Below are positions 48,909 through 58,976 of a stretch of 64,000 bases of DNA, one piece after another. Position 1 is the stretch's first letter. Each line of letters begins with the position of its first letter. The notes below the pieces were generated by a model, which saw only the letters and a program-made list of their open reading frames with translations, made no database searches and was not told the origin of the DNA. The DNA comes from Candidatus Lloydbacteria bacterium (GTDB lineage Bacteria > Patescibacteriota > Minisyncoccia > Phycocordibacterales > 21-14-all-47-15). Location: NCBI GenBank assembly GCA_016214545.1, contig JACROH010000001.1, positions 32,149-96,148 of the forward strand, written 5' to 3'. The position numbers were made by a program, and so were the translations under genes.

Positions 48909-51104
48909 ATGAATATTAACACTATATTGCGGCGGACTATTATCGGGGCTCTTTTTTTTGTCCCTTTTATTCCGCTCATTGTCGCACCGTCGATGTTTTT
49001 TCCGTTTATTACCGGTAAAAATTTCGCCTTTCGGATTTTAGTCGAAATTATGTTTGCCCTGTGGCTTATTCTGGCATACCGCGAGCCGGGGTATCGGCCG
49101 AAGTTTTCTTGGGTGCTTGCGGCGGTTGCCGTGTTCGTCGGGGTCATAACGCTCGCTGATTTTTTAGGTGAGAATGTCTATAAAAGTTTCTGGAGCAATT
49201 TTGAACGGATGGAGGGTCTCATTACCATCTGGCATCTTGGTGCGTATATGCTTGTGGCGGGGACGATGCTTAGCACCGAGCGCCTGTGGTCATGGTTTGC
49301 GCATGCTTCCATTGTCGCAAGCGCTATCGTGAGCGCGTTCAGTATTTCTCAGCTTTTGAAAGATTTTGCACTCCATCAAGGAAGCCGATTGGACGCGACG
49401 CTTGGCAACGCTTCCTATTTGGCGGTGTACATGCTCTTCCATATTTTTATTCTTGCTTTCCTTTTGTTTCGCCGTCATAGCGGGCCTCAATTTGTGAAAT
49501 GGCTGTACGGAGCGCTTATGCTCGTGGAGCTTGTCGTTCTCTACTACACGGCGACTCGCGGGACGATTCTTGGGTTAATCGGCGGCTCATTACTTGCAGC
49601 TCTTCTGGTCATGATTTTCGGCAAGGAATATCCGCGCATGCGAAAAGCCACCGCCGGTATTTTCATCGGAATTCTGGTGCTTATCGGGGCGTTTCTTGCG
49701 GTAAAGAATACCGATTTTGTAAAAATGAGCCCCGTACTTTCGCGTTTTGCAAAAATTTCCGCAAGCGAAGTAACAACTCAATCACGATTCATTATCTGGG
49801 GTATGAGCATACAGGGGTTTAAAGAACATCCGATTTTGGGCTGGGGACAGGAAAATTATAATTTTGTCTTCAATAAATATTTTGACCCGCGTCTCTGGAG
49901 GCAGGAAGCATGGTTTGATCGCTCTCATAATATCTTTTTTGATTGGCTTATCGCCGGCGGTCTTTTGGGGCTTTTGTCGTACCTGTCACTTTTTGGAGCC
50001 ATTTTTTACTATGTATGGAGGAAGGGTGCGGACAATCATTTTTCACTTCTTGATAAAAGTATTCTGACGGGGCTTTTTGCCGGTTATTTTTTCCACAACT
50101 TTTTTGTTTTCGACAACCTTATTAGTTATATGCTCTTTTTCTCGGTGCTTGCCTACATGCATTGGGTTGCCAGAGAAACGAGCCAGAAAGAGGAATCAAT
50201 CGCCGCCGGCCGTTCCGAGGCGAGAGAGCCAAATGCCGGAATGATTTTTGGGCCTGTTGTCATTATCGTTCTCGCTTTTGTTTTATACACGGTAAACATA
50301 AAGGGGATACTAACGGCGGAAACACTTTTGCAGGCCTTGCAATCGCAACCGGAGGGGCCGCAAAAAAATTTGGAATTGTATGAAACAGCACTTTCGTACG
50401 GCACCTTCGGCAATTCGGAGACACGGGAGCAATTAATACAAGCCGCTTCGCAAGCTGCCGATCTCAATATTTCTCCGGAGTTAAAACAAAAATTTGCGGT
50501 ATTGGCACGTGATGAAATGCAGAAGCAAATAAAAGCCATGCCCAATGATGCCCGTTATCAGATTTTCATGGCGTCATTCTTGAATCGCACCAGCCATTTC
50601 GATGATGCAATCCCTTATGCCGAACGGGCCATTGCGCTTTCTCCAAAAAAACAGGCAATGTATTTTGAATTTGCCACTTCATACCTGAATAAAAAAGAAT
50701 ACGATAAGGCGCTCGATATATTAAAGACGGCTTTCGAACTCGACCCGACCTATGGGAAAGCGCGCTTGGTGTACGCCATGGCGGCGATTTATGGAGGACA
50801 TAACGATATTGCCGAACAGATACTATTGCCTGAGTATGGAACAATGATAATTGATAGCGATCAATTACTTGGAGCCTACGCCGCGACTAAGCAATACGGC
50901 AAAGTCATTGCCATATGGAAGCTGCGCCTGAAAGATGCTCCGAATAATCCGCAATACCATCTTTCTCTCGGGGCAAGTTATCTGCAGGCAGGGGAGCGGG
51001 GACTCGCTGTCAGTGAAATACAAAAGGTTATAGACCTCAACCCGCAGTTTAAAGACCAAGGAGAATATTATATCCGCGAAATCAAGGCCGGAAGAAACCC
51101 TTAG
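48909..51104 (+). CDS. O-antigen ligase (Wzy_C) family protein with C-terminal TPRs
   Basis: Many TM helices, R..ATLGN, TATRG, R..IW...HPILGWG.EN, DRSHN and a TPR tail. Confidence 0.9.
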   Translation: MNINTILRRTIIGALFFVPFIPLIVAPSMFFPFITGKNFAFRILVEIMFALWLILAYREPGYRPKFSWVLAAVAVFVGVITLADFLGENVYKSFWSNFERMEGLITIWHLGAYMLVAGTMLSTERLWSWFAHASIVASAIVSAFSISQLLKDFALHQGSRLDATLGNASYLAVYMLFHIFILAFLLFRRHSGPQFVKWLYGALMLVELVVLYYTATRGTILGLIGGSLLAALLVMIFGKEYPRMRKATAGIFIGILVLIGAFLAVKNTDFVKMSPVLSRFAKISASEVTTQSRFIIWGMSIQGFKEHPILGWGQENYNFVFNKYFDPRLWRQEAWFDRSHNIFFDWLIAGGLLGLLSYLSLFGAIFYYVWRKGADNHFSLLDKSILTGLFAGYFFHNFFVFDNLISYMLFFSVLAYMHWVARETSQKEESIAAGRSEAREPNAGMIFGPVVIIVLAFVLYTVNIKGILTAETLLQALQSQPEGPQKNLELYETALSYGTFGNSETREQLIQAASQAADLNISPELKQKFAVLARDEMQKQIKAMPNDARYQIFMASFLNRTSHFDDAIPYAERAIALSPKKQAMYFEFATSYLNKKEYDKALDILKTAFELDPTYGKARLVYAMAAIYGGHNDIAEQILLPEYGTMIIDSDQLLGAYAATKQYGKVIAIWKLRLKDAPNNPQYHLSLGASYLQAGERGLAVSEIQKVIDLNPQFKDQGEYYIREIKAGRNP

Positions 51105-51181
51105 TGTCGCGCTTGAAAACAACAATTTCATTGTGGACAAACCCTATTGACTTTCATTTCCATTTTTGCTATGTTATGGGA

Positions 51182-51258
51182 GTGAGTGTGTCCTTCATTG
51201 GAGACATTTCTCGAGCAATATCTGCATAAAACTCCGCTTCGGCGGAGTTTTATGTTTT
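51182..51258 (+). ncRNA. candidate small RNA
   Basis: TTGACT-17-TATGTT promoter (51147-51175), short transcript, and a 13-bp-stem cUUCGg terminator (51225-51254). No ORF. Confidence 0.45.
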
Positions 51259-51382
51259 CTGATTGTGCGATATACTAAATACAATATATAAAACATCGGA
51301 TGTATACAGGTGCGGTCAGCCGCGCACTCACATAGATATTTGCTTTGGAGCTCGCTCCGGCTGACCACATCTGTATATAGCT

Positions 51383-52414
51383 ATGGATATCAAAGAGAAT
51401 GAAGCGATGGCTTTGCATACTACTTTTCGTATCGGCGGCCCTGCCCGTTATTTTTGCGAAGTCTCGAACGAAGCCGAATTAAAAGAGGCGCTTCTGTTCG
51501 CTGAAAAACAAGCGGTGCCGTTTTTTGTGTTGGGAGGCGGTTCAAACATTCTTGTATCCGATAAAGGTTTCCCCGGGCTAGTAATCAAAATGCGTTTACG
51601 GGGGAAAGAATATGCCGATGACGGTTCTTTTGCGCTGGTCATTGCGCAGGCGGGGGAATCATGGGATTCGTTTGTTGAGGACACGGTTACGCGGGGGCTT
51701 TGCGGCATTGAAAATCTTTCGGCTATCCCCGGGACGGTTGGAGCATCTCCGGTTCAGAATATCGGAGCGTATGGGCAAGAAGTGAAAGACACGATTGAGT
51801 GGGTTGAAGTGTTTGACCCGAGCACAAAAGAGATACGCCAGCTTTCAAACGCCGAATGTGCGTTTGCGTATCGGCAAAGTATTTTTAAAAAAAGAGAAAA
51901 CAAACAGCTGATCGTACTTCGGGTTGCCTTTCGGCTTTCGAACGATGCTCGTCCACATACGCGTTACCCGGGAGTCTCAGAGCATCTCTTGAAGAAAGGA
52001 ATTACCAATCCAAACGCCATGCACATGCGAGAAGCAATCATGTCCATTCGAATGAGCAAGCTCCCCGATATCCGTGAGACGGGTACGGCTGGTTCATTTT
52101 TCAAAAACCCGTTGTTGCCGAAAGAGCATAGCCATATTTTTAAAAATCTTTTTCCGGAAGCGCCGCTATACCCGCATACGGAAACGCATGATAAGGTTTC
52201 GGCCGCGTGGCTTATTAAAAAAATAGGCGGCGAAAAACGTTTTCGTCGGGGTGACGCGGCGGTATATGTGCGGCAGCCGCTCGTATTGGTTAATCACCGT
52301 AACGCAACGGCAAAAGATATGTTTAGTCTTGCGTGTGATATCCAATCACACATAAAAAAAGAAATCGGTATTGAGCTTTCGTTTGAGGTGGAAACGGTCG
52401 GCGAATTTTTGTAA
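51383..52414 (+). CDS. murB: UDP-N-acetylenolpyruvoylglucosamine reductase
   Basis: TTFRIGGPA, LGGGSNIL, IPGTVGA.PVQNIGAYG and AGSFFKNP motifs. Confidence 0.95.
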   Translation: MDIKENEAMALHTTFRIGGPARYFCEVSNEAELKEALLFAEKQAVPFFVLGGGSNILVSDKGFPGLVIKMRLRGKEYADDGSFALVIAQAGESWDSFVEDTVTRGLCGIENLSAIPGTVGASPVQNIGAYGQEVKDTIEWVEVFDPSTKEIRQLSNAECAFAYRQSIFKKRENKQLIVLRVAFRLSNDARPHTRYPGVSEHLLKKGITNPNAMHMREAIMSIRMSKLPDIRETGTAGSFFKNPLLPKEHSHIFKNLFPEAPLYPHTETHDKVSAAWLIKKIGGEKRFRRGDAAVYVRQPLVLVNHRNATAKDMFSLACDIQSHIKKEIGIELSFEVETVGEFL

Positions 52415-52622
52415 TTTCATAAGTTTCATAAAGAAATATTACGCAAGCGCGGCGCCGATTGCCCACGCGCGGATATTTTTCCGTAAAAGTTATCCACAGT
52501 TTTGAAAAAAAATATTGTTTTTGTTTTTTATTTGTACGATAATGAAGGTAGTAAAGTTTTTTCCAAAAAATATTTTGGAAAAACGGTCGATAGTATCGTT
52601 ACTAAAAATATAAAAAAATTTT

Positions 52623-52712
52623 ATGAAAAAGAAAAAGAAGGCGGCAAAAAAAGTTTCTAAGAAAAAGAAAGTTTCAAAAAAGCGAAAGTCATCGCACAAA
52701 AAAAAGAAATAA
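52623..52712 (+). CDS. 29-aa lysine-rich (protamine/histone-H1-like) peptide
   Basis: MKKKKKAAKKVSKKKKVSKKRKSSHKKKK. Upstream DnaA box at 52490 and a downstream palindromic terminator. Confidence 0.7.
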   Translation: MKKKKKAAKKVSKKKKVSKKRKSSHKKKK

Positions 52713-52756
52713 ATGCCATTGTCGTCAATTGTCGAAACAGACTATTTCGGCAATAC

Positions 52757-52794
52757 ATACAAAATCCCCGAATATTCGGGGATTTTGTATTTTC
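52757..52794 (+). terminator. intrinsic terminator
   Basis: Perfect 34-bp palindrome ATACAAAATCCCCGAATATTCGGGGATTTTGTAT. Confidence 0.8.
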
Positions 52795-52838
52795 TGATAC
52801 AATAGATGAGTCTTTTTATGTGCAGGCAATAATCATAT

Positions 52839-55337
52839 ATGGGATTTTTTACAAAAATATTTGGGGACGAAAATGCCAAAGCTGTCAAGCAGCTGATGCC
52901 GCTTGTGTCCCAGATCAACTCCTTTGAAGACAAGCTTCAGGGTCTTTCTGCTGAAGAGCTGGCCAAAAAAACGGCTCAATTTAAAGAGCGGCTTTCGAGC
53001 GGAGCGACTCTTGACGATATTTTGCCGGAAGCGTTTGCGACCGTGCGCGAGGCGGCCCGCCGGACTCTTGGAGAGCGGCATTTTGACGCGCAGCTTGTCG
53101 GGGGGATTGCGCTTCATCAAAAAAATATTGCCGAAATGAAGACAGGCGAAGGCAAGACCTTGGTGGCGACGCTGCCGACGTATCTCAATGCCCTCGCGGG
53201 TCAGGGGGTACATGTCGTCACGGTGAATGATTATCTCTCACGCCGCGATGCGGTGTGGATGGGGCAGGTATATCAAGCGCTCGGAATGTCGGTCGGATGC
53301 ATCAATCATGAATCCTCTTTTATTTATGATCCCAGTCATAAAGAGCTTGATAAAGAGCGCGATGAAAAAGGCTCATTCAAAGTGGTGCATGAATTTTTGC
53401 GTCCGGTGAGTCGGCGCGAGGCGTACGCGGCCGATATTACCTATGGCACTAATAACGAATTCGGGTTCGATTATCTGCGCGATAACATCAGCTATCGCAA
53501 AGAAGAAGTGCGCCAGCGTGGACATTATTACGCCATTGTCGACGAGGTTGATTCGATTCTCATAGACGAAGCGCGCACGCCGCTTATTATTTCAGCCCCC
53601 GCACAGGAATCAGATTCTTTTTATACGCTTTTTGCAAAAATTGCGGCGCAGCTGAAGAAAGATACCGATTTTAAAGTCGATGAAAAATTCAAATCGGCAA
53701 CACTTACCGATGAAGGAATTACCAAAGCGGAAAAATTGCTCGGCGTTGATAATATTTACACGGAAAAAGGAATAAAATATGTGCACCATTTGGAAACGGC
53801 CGTCCGGGCGAAGGCACTTTTCCAGCGTGATAAAGAGTATGTGATTCGCGACGGGGAGGTGATTATCGTCGATGAATTTACCGGGCGCTTACAGCCCGGG
53901 CGTCGGTGGTCTGAAGGGCTGCATCAGGCTGTTGAGGCAAAAGAGGGAGTGGATATTCAGCGCGAATCGCGTACCTTTGCGTCCATCACGTTTCAAAATT
54001 ATTTCCGGATGTACAAAAAACTTTCGGGGATGACGGGCACCGCGCTCACCTCCGCCGAGGAATTCAGAAAAGTGTACGGGCTTGATGTTATTGCCGTTCC
54101 CACCAACAAGCCTATTTTGCGTATCGACCGCGATGATTTGATTTACCAAAACGAACAGGGGAAACTGAAAGCCGTCGCAAAAAAAATCAAAGCACTCAAC
54201 GAAAAAGGTCAGCCGGTGCTCGTGGGCACGGTCTCTATAGAGAAAAATGAAATTTTATCGGAGTACCTTTCGCGCGAAGGGGTGCCGCATGAGATACTCA
54301 ACGCAAAAAATCACGAACGGGAAGGAGAAATCATCGCGCAGGCGGGGCGTAAGGGTGCTGTCACCATAGCCACCAACATGGCCGGCCGTGGCGTTGATAT
54401 CAAGCTTGGGGGGAATCCATCAACCGTGGTGCTTTCGGAAGAAGTGAAATCTTTAGGGGGGCTTTTTGTTCTTGGCACCGAGCGGCACGAAGCGCGGCGG
54501 ATAGACAATCAGCTTCGTGGACGCGCGGGCCGGCAAGGCGACCCGGGGGAGACGCAGTTTTTCGTATCCCTTGACGACACGCTCATGCGCATTTTTGCCG
54601 CCGATACGATTAAAAATATGATGGGGAGATTCGGTATTCCGGAAGATCAGGCGATTGAAAACAAGCTTATTTCAAAATCGCTCGAAGCGGCGCAGGAAAA
54701 AATTGAAGGATTTAATTTTGATGCGCGGCGGCATGTGCTTGAATATGACGATGTGATGAATCATCAGCGAAAAATTCTCTATGGGCGCCGACGCGATGTC
54801 CTATTTGGAGGTAGGGAAGCTATAGAAAAATATCTTGATGAAATAACGGATATTTCGGTTGCAGCGGAAACAAAGGCAATGATTGAAGAAAAACGCCGAG
54901 CCCTTGGAGAAGAAGCGTTTACCGAAACGATGCGCGGGCTTATTTTACAGATGACCGACATGCTCTGGATGGAGCATTTGGAAACGATGGATTATCTCCG
55001 AAATTCGGTGCGGTTGCGCGCGTATGGGCAGCGCGATCCGCTTGTGGAGTACAAAAAAGAAGGGCTCACTCTTTTTAAAGAAATGGAAGAAGCAATTGCG
55101 GCGCAGATACTTTCTCTTTTGCCGAATATTGGACAAGGAGCATTTGCGCGTGAAGAGACGAAATTAGAGGAAATTCATAAATCGGCACAGTTAATCGGCG
55201 GCAGTACGGCAGGCGATGCGGAACCTGCGCAAGCGGTTTCGCACAAGCCGAAAGATAACGCTGGCCATGAAATCGGCAGAAATGACCTCTGCTTCTGCGG
55301 CAGCGGGAAGAAGTATAAAAAGTGTCATGGGGCGTGA
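52839..55337 (+). CDS. secA: preprotein translocase SecA
   Basis: MKTGEGKT, VDEVDSILIDEARTP, IATNMAGRG, QLRGRAGRQGDPG and SEC-C motif CFCGSGKKYKKCH. Confidence 0.98.
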   Translation: MGFFTKIFGDENAKAVKQLMPLVSQINSFEDKLQGLSAEELAKKTAQFKERLSSGATLDDILPEAFATVREAARRTLGERHFDAQLVGGIALHQKNIAEMKTGEGKTLVATLPTYLNALAGQGVHVVTVNDYLSRRDAVWMGQVYQALGMSVGCINHESSFIYDPSHKELDKERDEKGSFKVVHEFLRPVSRREAYAADITYGTNNEFGFDYLRDNISYRKEEVRQRGHYYAIVDEVDSILIDEARTPLIISAPAQESDSFYTLFAKIAAQLKKDTDFKVDEKFKSATLTDEGITKAEKLLGVDNIYTEKGIKYVHHLETAVRAKALFQRDKEYVIRDGEVIIVDEFTGRLQPGRRWSEGLHQAVEAKEGVDIQRESRTFASITFQNYFRMYKKLSGMTGTALTSAEEFRKVYGLDVIAVPTNKPILRIDRDDLIYQNEQGKLKAVAKKIKALNEKGQPVLVGTVSIEKNEILSEYLSREGVPHEILNAKNHEREGEIIAQAGRKGAVTIATNMAGRGVDIKLGGNPSTVVLSEEVKSLGGLFVLGTERHEARRIDNQLRGRAGRQGDPGETQFFVSLDDTLMRIFAADTIKNMMGRFGIPEDQAIENKLISKSLEAAQEKIEGFNFDARRHVLEYDDVMNHQRKILYGRRRDVLFGGREAIEKYLDEITDISVAAETKAMIEEKRRALGEEAFTETMRGLILQMTDMLWMEHLETMDYLRNSVRLRAYGQRDPLVEYKKEGLTLFKEMEEAIAAQILSLLPNIGQGAFAREETKLEEIHKSAQLIGGSTAGDAEPAQAVSHKPKDNAGHEIGRNDLCFCGSGKKYKKCHGA

Positions 55338-55349
55338 TAACATAAATTT

Positions 55350-55667
55350 ATGCTAAATCTAAAGGGGAAACCCACATTGAAAGATATTCAAGAATATGTG
55401 AAAGAGCTCGAAAAAGAGCGTGGATTTAGCGACGACCCAACGATACAGAAATGTCTGTTGCTTGGTGAGGAAATAGGAGAGTTATTCAAGGCAATTCGGA
55501 AATCAGAGAAAATGAAGATAGATAAAAACTCTGAACATACTTCAATTGAGGAGGAGTTGGCTGATATTATTATTTATCTGTGCTCTATAGCGAATCGTTA
55601 CGACATTGATCTTGAAGACGCTTTTCGGGAGAAAGAAGAGGTCAACAAGAAAAGAAAATGGAGTTAG
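55350..55667 (+). CDS. MazG-like nucleotide pyrophosphohydrolase
   Basis: EEIGEL...IEEELADI motif and K...N..R.W. Confidence 0.88.
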   Translation: MLNLKGKPTLKDIQEYVKELEKERGFSDDPTIQKCLLLGEEIGELFKAIRKSEKMKIDKNSEHTSIEEELADIIIYLCSIANRYDIDLEDAFREKEEVNKKRKWS

Positions 55668-55704
55668 TGCCAGTGTGGGATAGTGGATAAGCAACAAAAG
55701 TGCC

Positions 55705-56184
55705 ATGGAAAATAAAATTACAAAAAAACAATTAACCCTCTGCATTGTCCACCAACATCCGAATGTGCTGCTTGGCATGAAAAAACGCGGATTTGGTGTG
55801 GGGAGGTGGAATGGATTTGGCGGCAAGGTTTCTTTGGGAGAAAGCATAGAAGACGCGGCGAGGAGAGAAATGCGGGAAGAGGCGGGAATTGAATTAAAAA
55901 ATCTTGATAAGGTCGGGATTATAGAGTTTGAATTTCAGGGGAATCCCGAAATTCTGGAAGTGCATATTTTCAGGTCGGAGGGTTTCTCGGGGGAGCCTAT
56001 GGAGAGCGAGGAAATGAAGCCGCGGTGGTTTCATGTTGATGAAATTCCGTTCAAAGATATGTGGCCCGACGATATTCATTGGATGCCCCTCTTTCTTGGG
56101 CGAAAAAAATTCAAAGGAAAATTCCTCTTTGGAAAATCAGATGTGATTCTTGAAAAAGAGTTATTTGAAGTTGAAGAAATGTAG
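55705..56184 (+). CDS. NUDIX hydrolase, MTH1-like 8-oxo-dGTPase
   Basis: LLGMKKRGFG.G.WNGFGGK, Nudix box REMREEAG, ESEEM.P.WF and MWPDD. Confidence 0.9.
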   Translation: MENKITKKQLTLCIVHQHPNVLLGMKKRGFGVGRWNGFGGKVSLGESIEDAARREMREEAGIELKNLDKVGIIEFEFQGNPEILEVHIFRSEGFSGEPMESEEMKPRWFHVDEIPFKDMWPDDIHWMPLFLGRKKFKGKFLFGKSDVILEKELFEVEEM

Positions 56185-56261
56185 ATGTCATAGACAAACG
56201 CCATTTCTTTGTTACCCTTGGTGGTAGAACGATATATCCATCCATTTACCGGAGGTGTGGC

Positions 56262-56999
56262 ATGAAAAAAATAGCATTGATGTTGGCAGCTTTGTGTTTT
56301 TTCTGTGTGCCGAATACTGTCTTTGGGGATTCTCCGAAGACGGATAAGGAGTGGGATACGCTCATTGTTTCTGAGAAGTTGGAACGAGTGGAAAGTGCTT
56401 TTGATCGTATTGTCGGTCAAGAAAAATTTCTTGAATCGGCGTATTACTCTTATGGCCAGTTGCTTAGAGCAGCCGCACGGGCTCCGATTGGGGCAAAGAC
56501 ATTTTCCCATGAGGAAAATTCGGTCGGAGTATTTGAAATTACGACAACGACCGAGCTTCAGGGGGGTAAATTGCTCTATATCGCTCATATTGCTTACCAA
56601 AAAAAACAGATTGCCGAGCCGCTGTATGACGCCACGCTCGTGTGGAATGTGTGGAGCAATGAGAGCGATAACAAGACATTTATTCTCCACATTTTTTCCG
56701 CGGAAAATGCCGAGTTGTCGGTATCTCGACTCGTCCGGTTTCCCATAGAGGACAACCTGCTGGGCAGTCCGGTGTTTGTCTTTATCGAGAATTTAGGCGG
56801 GATGTATCTGATGACGGCCTCAGCAGAAGATCGTAACCAAGACGGTATCGTTGATTTCGTCGAGATACGTGAAATCTATTTGAATGTTGAAAAAAAAATA
56901 ACGGCGAAAAAATTGGGAGGGTCTTTTTCCGGTGGGGCGCTGTGGAACGATGTCGAAGTGTGCGAAAACGGCAAATGCGAAAAGATGAAACTGGGGTAA
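56262..56999 (+). CDS. secreted hypothetical protein
   Basis: GGAGG SD, signal peptide, DRNQDG loop, and a terminator at about 57006-57035. Confidence 0.7.
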   Translation: MKKIALMLAALCFFCVPNTVFGDSPKTDKEWDTLIVSEKLERVESAFDRIVGQEKFLESAYYSYGQLLRAAARAPIGAKTFSHEENSVGVFEITTTTELQGGKLLYIAHIAYQKKQIAEPLYDATLVWNVWSNESDNKTFILHIFSAENAELSVSRLVRFPIEDNLLGSPVFVFIENLGGMYLMTASAEDRNQDGIVDFVEIREIYLNVEKKITAKKLGGSFSGGALWNDVEVCENGKCEKMKLG

Positions 57000-57093
57000 T
57001 AAACGGCACGGCTTCGAAAGGAGCCGTGTTTTTTATTGCGGGGCTTCATTGTGGTATACTAGTATCGTTATTAATCTCACCTTATGTAACAGT

Positions 57094-58116
57094 ATGGCAA
57101 AAATAAAAATTGTTTCTTTTTATAACGAGCCGTGGGAACAGGAGTATCTCAAGGCAAAACTTCCGGAATATGAATGGGTATTTTATACGGGTTCAATGCA
57201 GGATAATCCTCAGGCGCGCGATGCCGAAGCGGAAATCCTCTCGGTGTTTGTAAAATCGCATGTTGACAGAGAGGCCCTCGATCGATTTCCGAATATAAAA
57301 TTCATTGCCACGCGCTCGACCGGTTTTGACCATATCGACCTTGCCGAAACGACCAAGCGGGGAATCGTGGTCTCCAATGTGCCTTTTTACGGAGAAAATA
57401 CGGTTGCTGAATTCGCGTTCGCGCTTCTTCTCATGCTTTCACGCATGACCTACGAAGGGCATGACCGCATCATTAAGACGGGCTCTTTTTCTCCGCAGGG
57501 GCTGCGCGGGTTTGACCTGAAAGGAAAGACGCTTGGCGTCGTCGGGACCGGACACATCGGGCGGCACATTATCCGTATGGCAAAAGGTTTTGAAATGAAT
57601 ATCATTGCGTTTGACGTTATGCGCGATGAAGCGTATGCGAAAGAGGCGGGGATTTCGTATGTATCATTCGACGAACTTCTCGCGCAGTCCGATATCATTA
57701 CGCTCCATGCGCCGTATAATCCGCACACGCACCATCTCATCAATCGCGGCAACGTGGAAAAAATAAAAAAAGGCGCGTATCTCATCAACACGGCGCGCGG
57801 CGGATTGATGGAAACCGACGCGCTTGTTTATGCGCTTGAACAGGGTATTGTTGCCGGCGCGGGACTCGACGTGCTTGAGGAAGAGGGGTACCTGCTTGAT
57901 GAAACGGCGCTCTTAAACGACCCGCATCCAAAAGTCGAAAGTCTGAAGACAATGCTTGAAAATCATTATCTTATCGATCACCCGCGCGTCATTATTACGC
58001 CGCACATGGCATTTAATACGGAAGAAGCGCTCAAGCGCATTTTGGACGCTACGACTGAAAATATTCAGACATTCAAGGCCGGGACTCCGACCAATGTGGT
58101 GAAGCCTGCCGCGTAA
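57094..58116 (+). CDS. D-lactate / D-2-hydroxyacid dehydrogenase
   Basis: RSTGFDHID, GVVGTGHIG, INTARG, GLDVLE.E and ITPHMAF motifs. Confidence 0.92.
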   Translation: MAKIKIVSFYNEPWEQEYLKAKLPEYEWVFYTGSMQDNPQARDAEAEILSVFVKSHVDREALDRFPNIKFIATRSTGFDHIDLAETTKRGIVVSNVPFYGENTVAEFAFALLLMLSRMTYEGHDRIIKTGSFSPQGLRGFDLKGKTLGVVGTGHIGRHIIRMAKGFEMNIIAFDVMRDEAYAKEAGISYVSFDELLAQSDIITLHAPYNPHTHHLINRGNVEKIKKGAYLINTARGGLMETDALVYALEQGIVAGAGLDVLEEEGYLLDETALLNDPHPKVESLKTMLENHYLIDHPRVIITPHMAFNTEEALKRILDATTENIQTFKAGTPTNVVKPAA

Positions 58117-58236
58117 AGACGGCTCTCCCGGAACAAAAAAGCAATCCTGTTCTATAAAAGCAAGGATTGCTTTTTTGGCTTTTTTCTATATCCTGTGTGC
58201 TAGAAGTATGTTGTTAACCTATGACAAAGGAGGAAT

Positions 58237-58839
58237 ATGTTTCCTGAAGAATCGTTTTTGGAATATTATTTTAAGCTGTATGTGATGGGCAATCATGATG
58301 CACGTTCTGTCTTGCGTGCAATGAGGGATTCTGGATTTGACCCGTCGGCGCTTGTCGATCACTGCACCATTCGTACGCAGAACATTAAGTCGGTTGCAAA
58401 AAAGCTCAATACCCAGGGCTTTGAAAAAGTAAAGGATGGGAGCATTGATATGGGAGATTGGTTCCTGTGGTCGTTTTATCGGCCCGGCTATCCTATTGTG
58501 GTCGCGGACCAGGCGCATTACAAAAACCAGTCGAGCACGGGAGGCGGCAAGATTATCCACGATTGGGTGGAGCGATTCGGCGATGAACAGTTTCATCACA
58601 TTGCGATTCGAGTTGAAGAAATCTACCAAGCGGTCACAAAATGGACTTCATGGGGCGTCTCTTTTTCGGACGGTATTGTTTGTGATAAGCAAACCGGTCT
58701 CAAACAAGTCTTCACGAAGCCGATATTGTCCCATGGCTATCCGTATACGGTTTTAGAGTTTATTGAACGTCCGCCCGGATGCACGGGGCTCGTTGTCCCG
58801 AATGCAGACAAATTAGTTTTGTCGAGTAACAACAAGTAG
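58237..58839 (+). CDS. VOC/HPPD-like metalloenzyme domain protein
   Basis: DHCTIR, HHIAIRVE.I, L.QVFT and LEFIER motifs. AAGGAGG SD. Confidence 0.75.
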   Translation: MFPEESFLEYYFKLYVMGNHDARSVLRAMRDSGFDPSALVDHCTIRTQNIKSVAKKLNTQGFEKVKDGSIDMGDWFLWSFYRPGYPIVVADQAHYKNQSSTGGGKIIHDWVERFGDEQFHHIAIRVEEIYQAVTKWTSWGVSFSDGIVCDKQTGLKQVFTKPILSHGYPYTVLEFIERPPGCTGLVVPNADKLVLSSNNK

Positions 58840-58976
58840 CGCAACACCGCCCCAGTTCACAGGGGCGGTTTTTGTTTTTTCCCGCAGGAATGTTGTTTTT
58901 TTGTCTGATTTCAGATATCTTCTGGTGAGCGTTGGAACTGCTTGTTTTTTGAAAATCATTAAATGGAGGAGGGGAT

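Noticed and set aside
51301..51379. SRP RNA or 6S RNA
   Set aside because: It lacks the SRP helix-8 GNRA/AGCAG motif on either strand and is too short for 6S.
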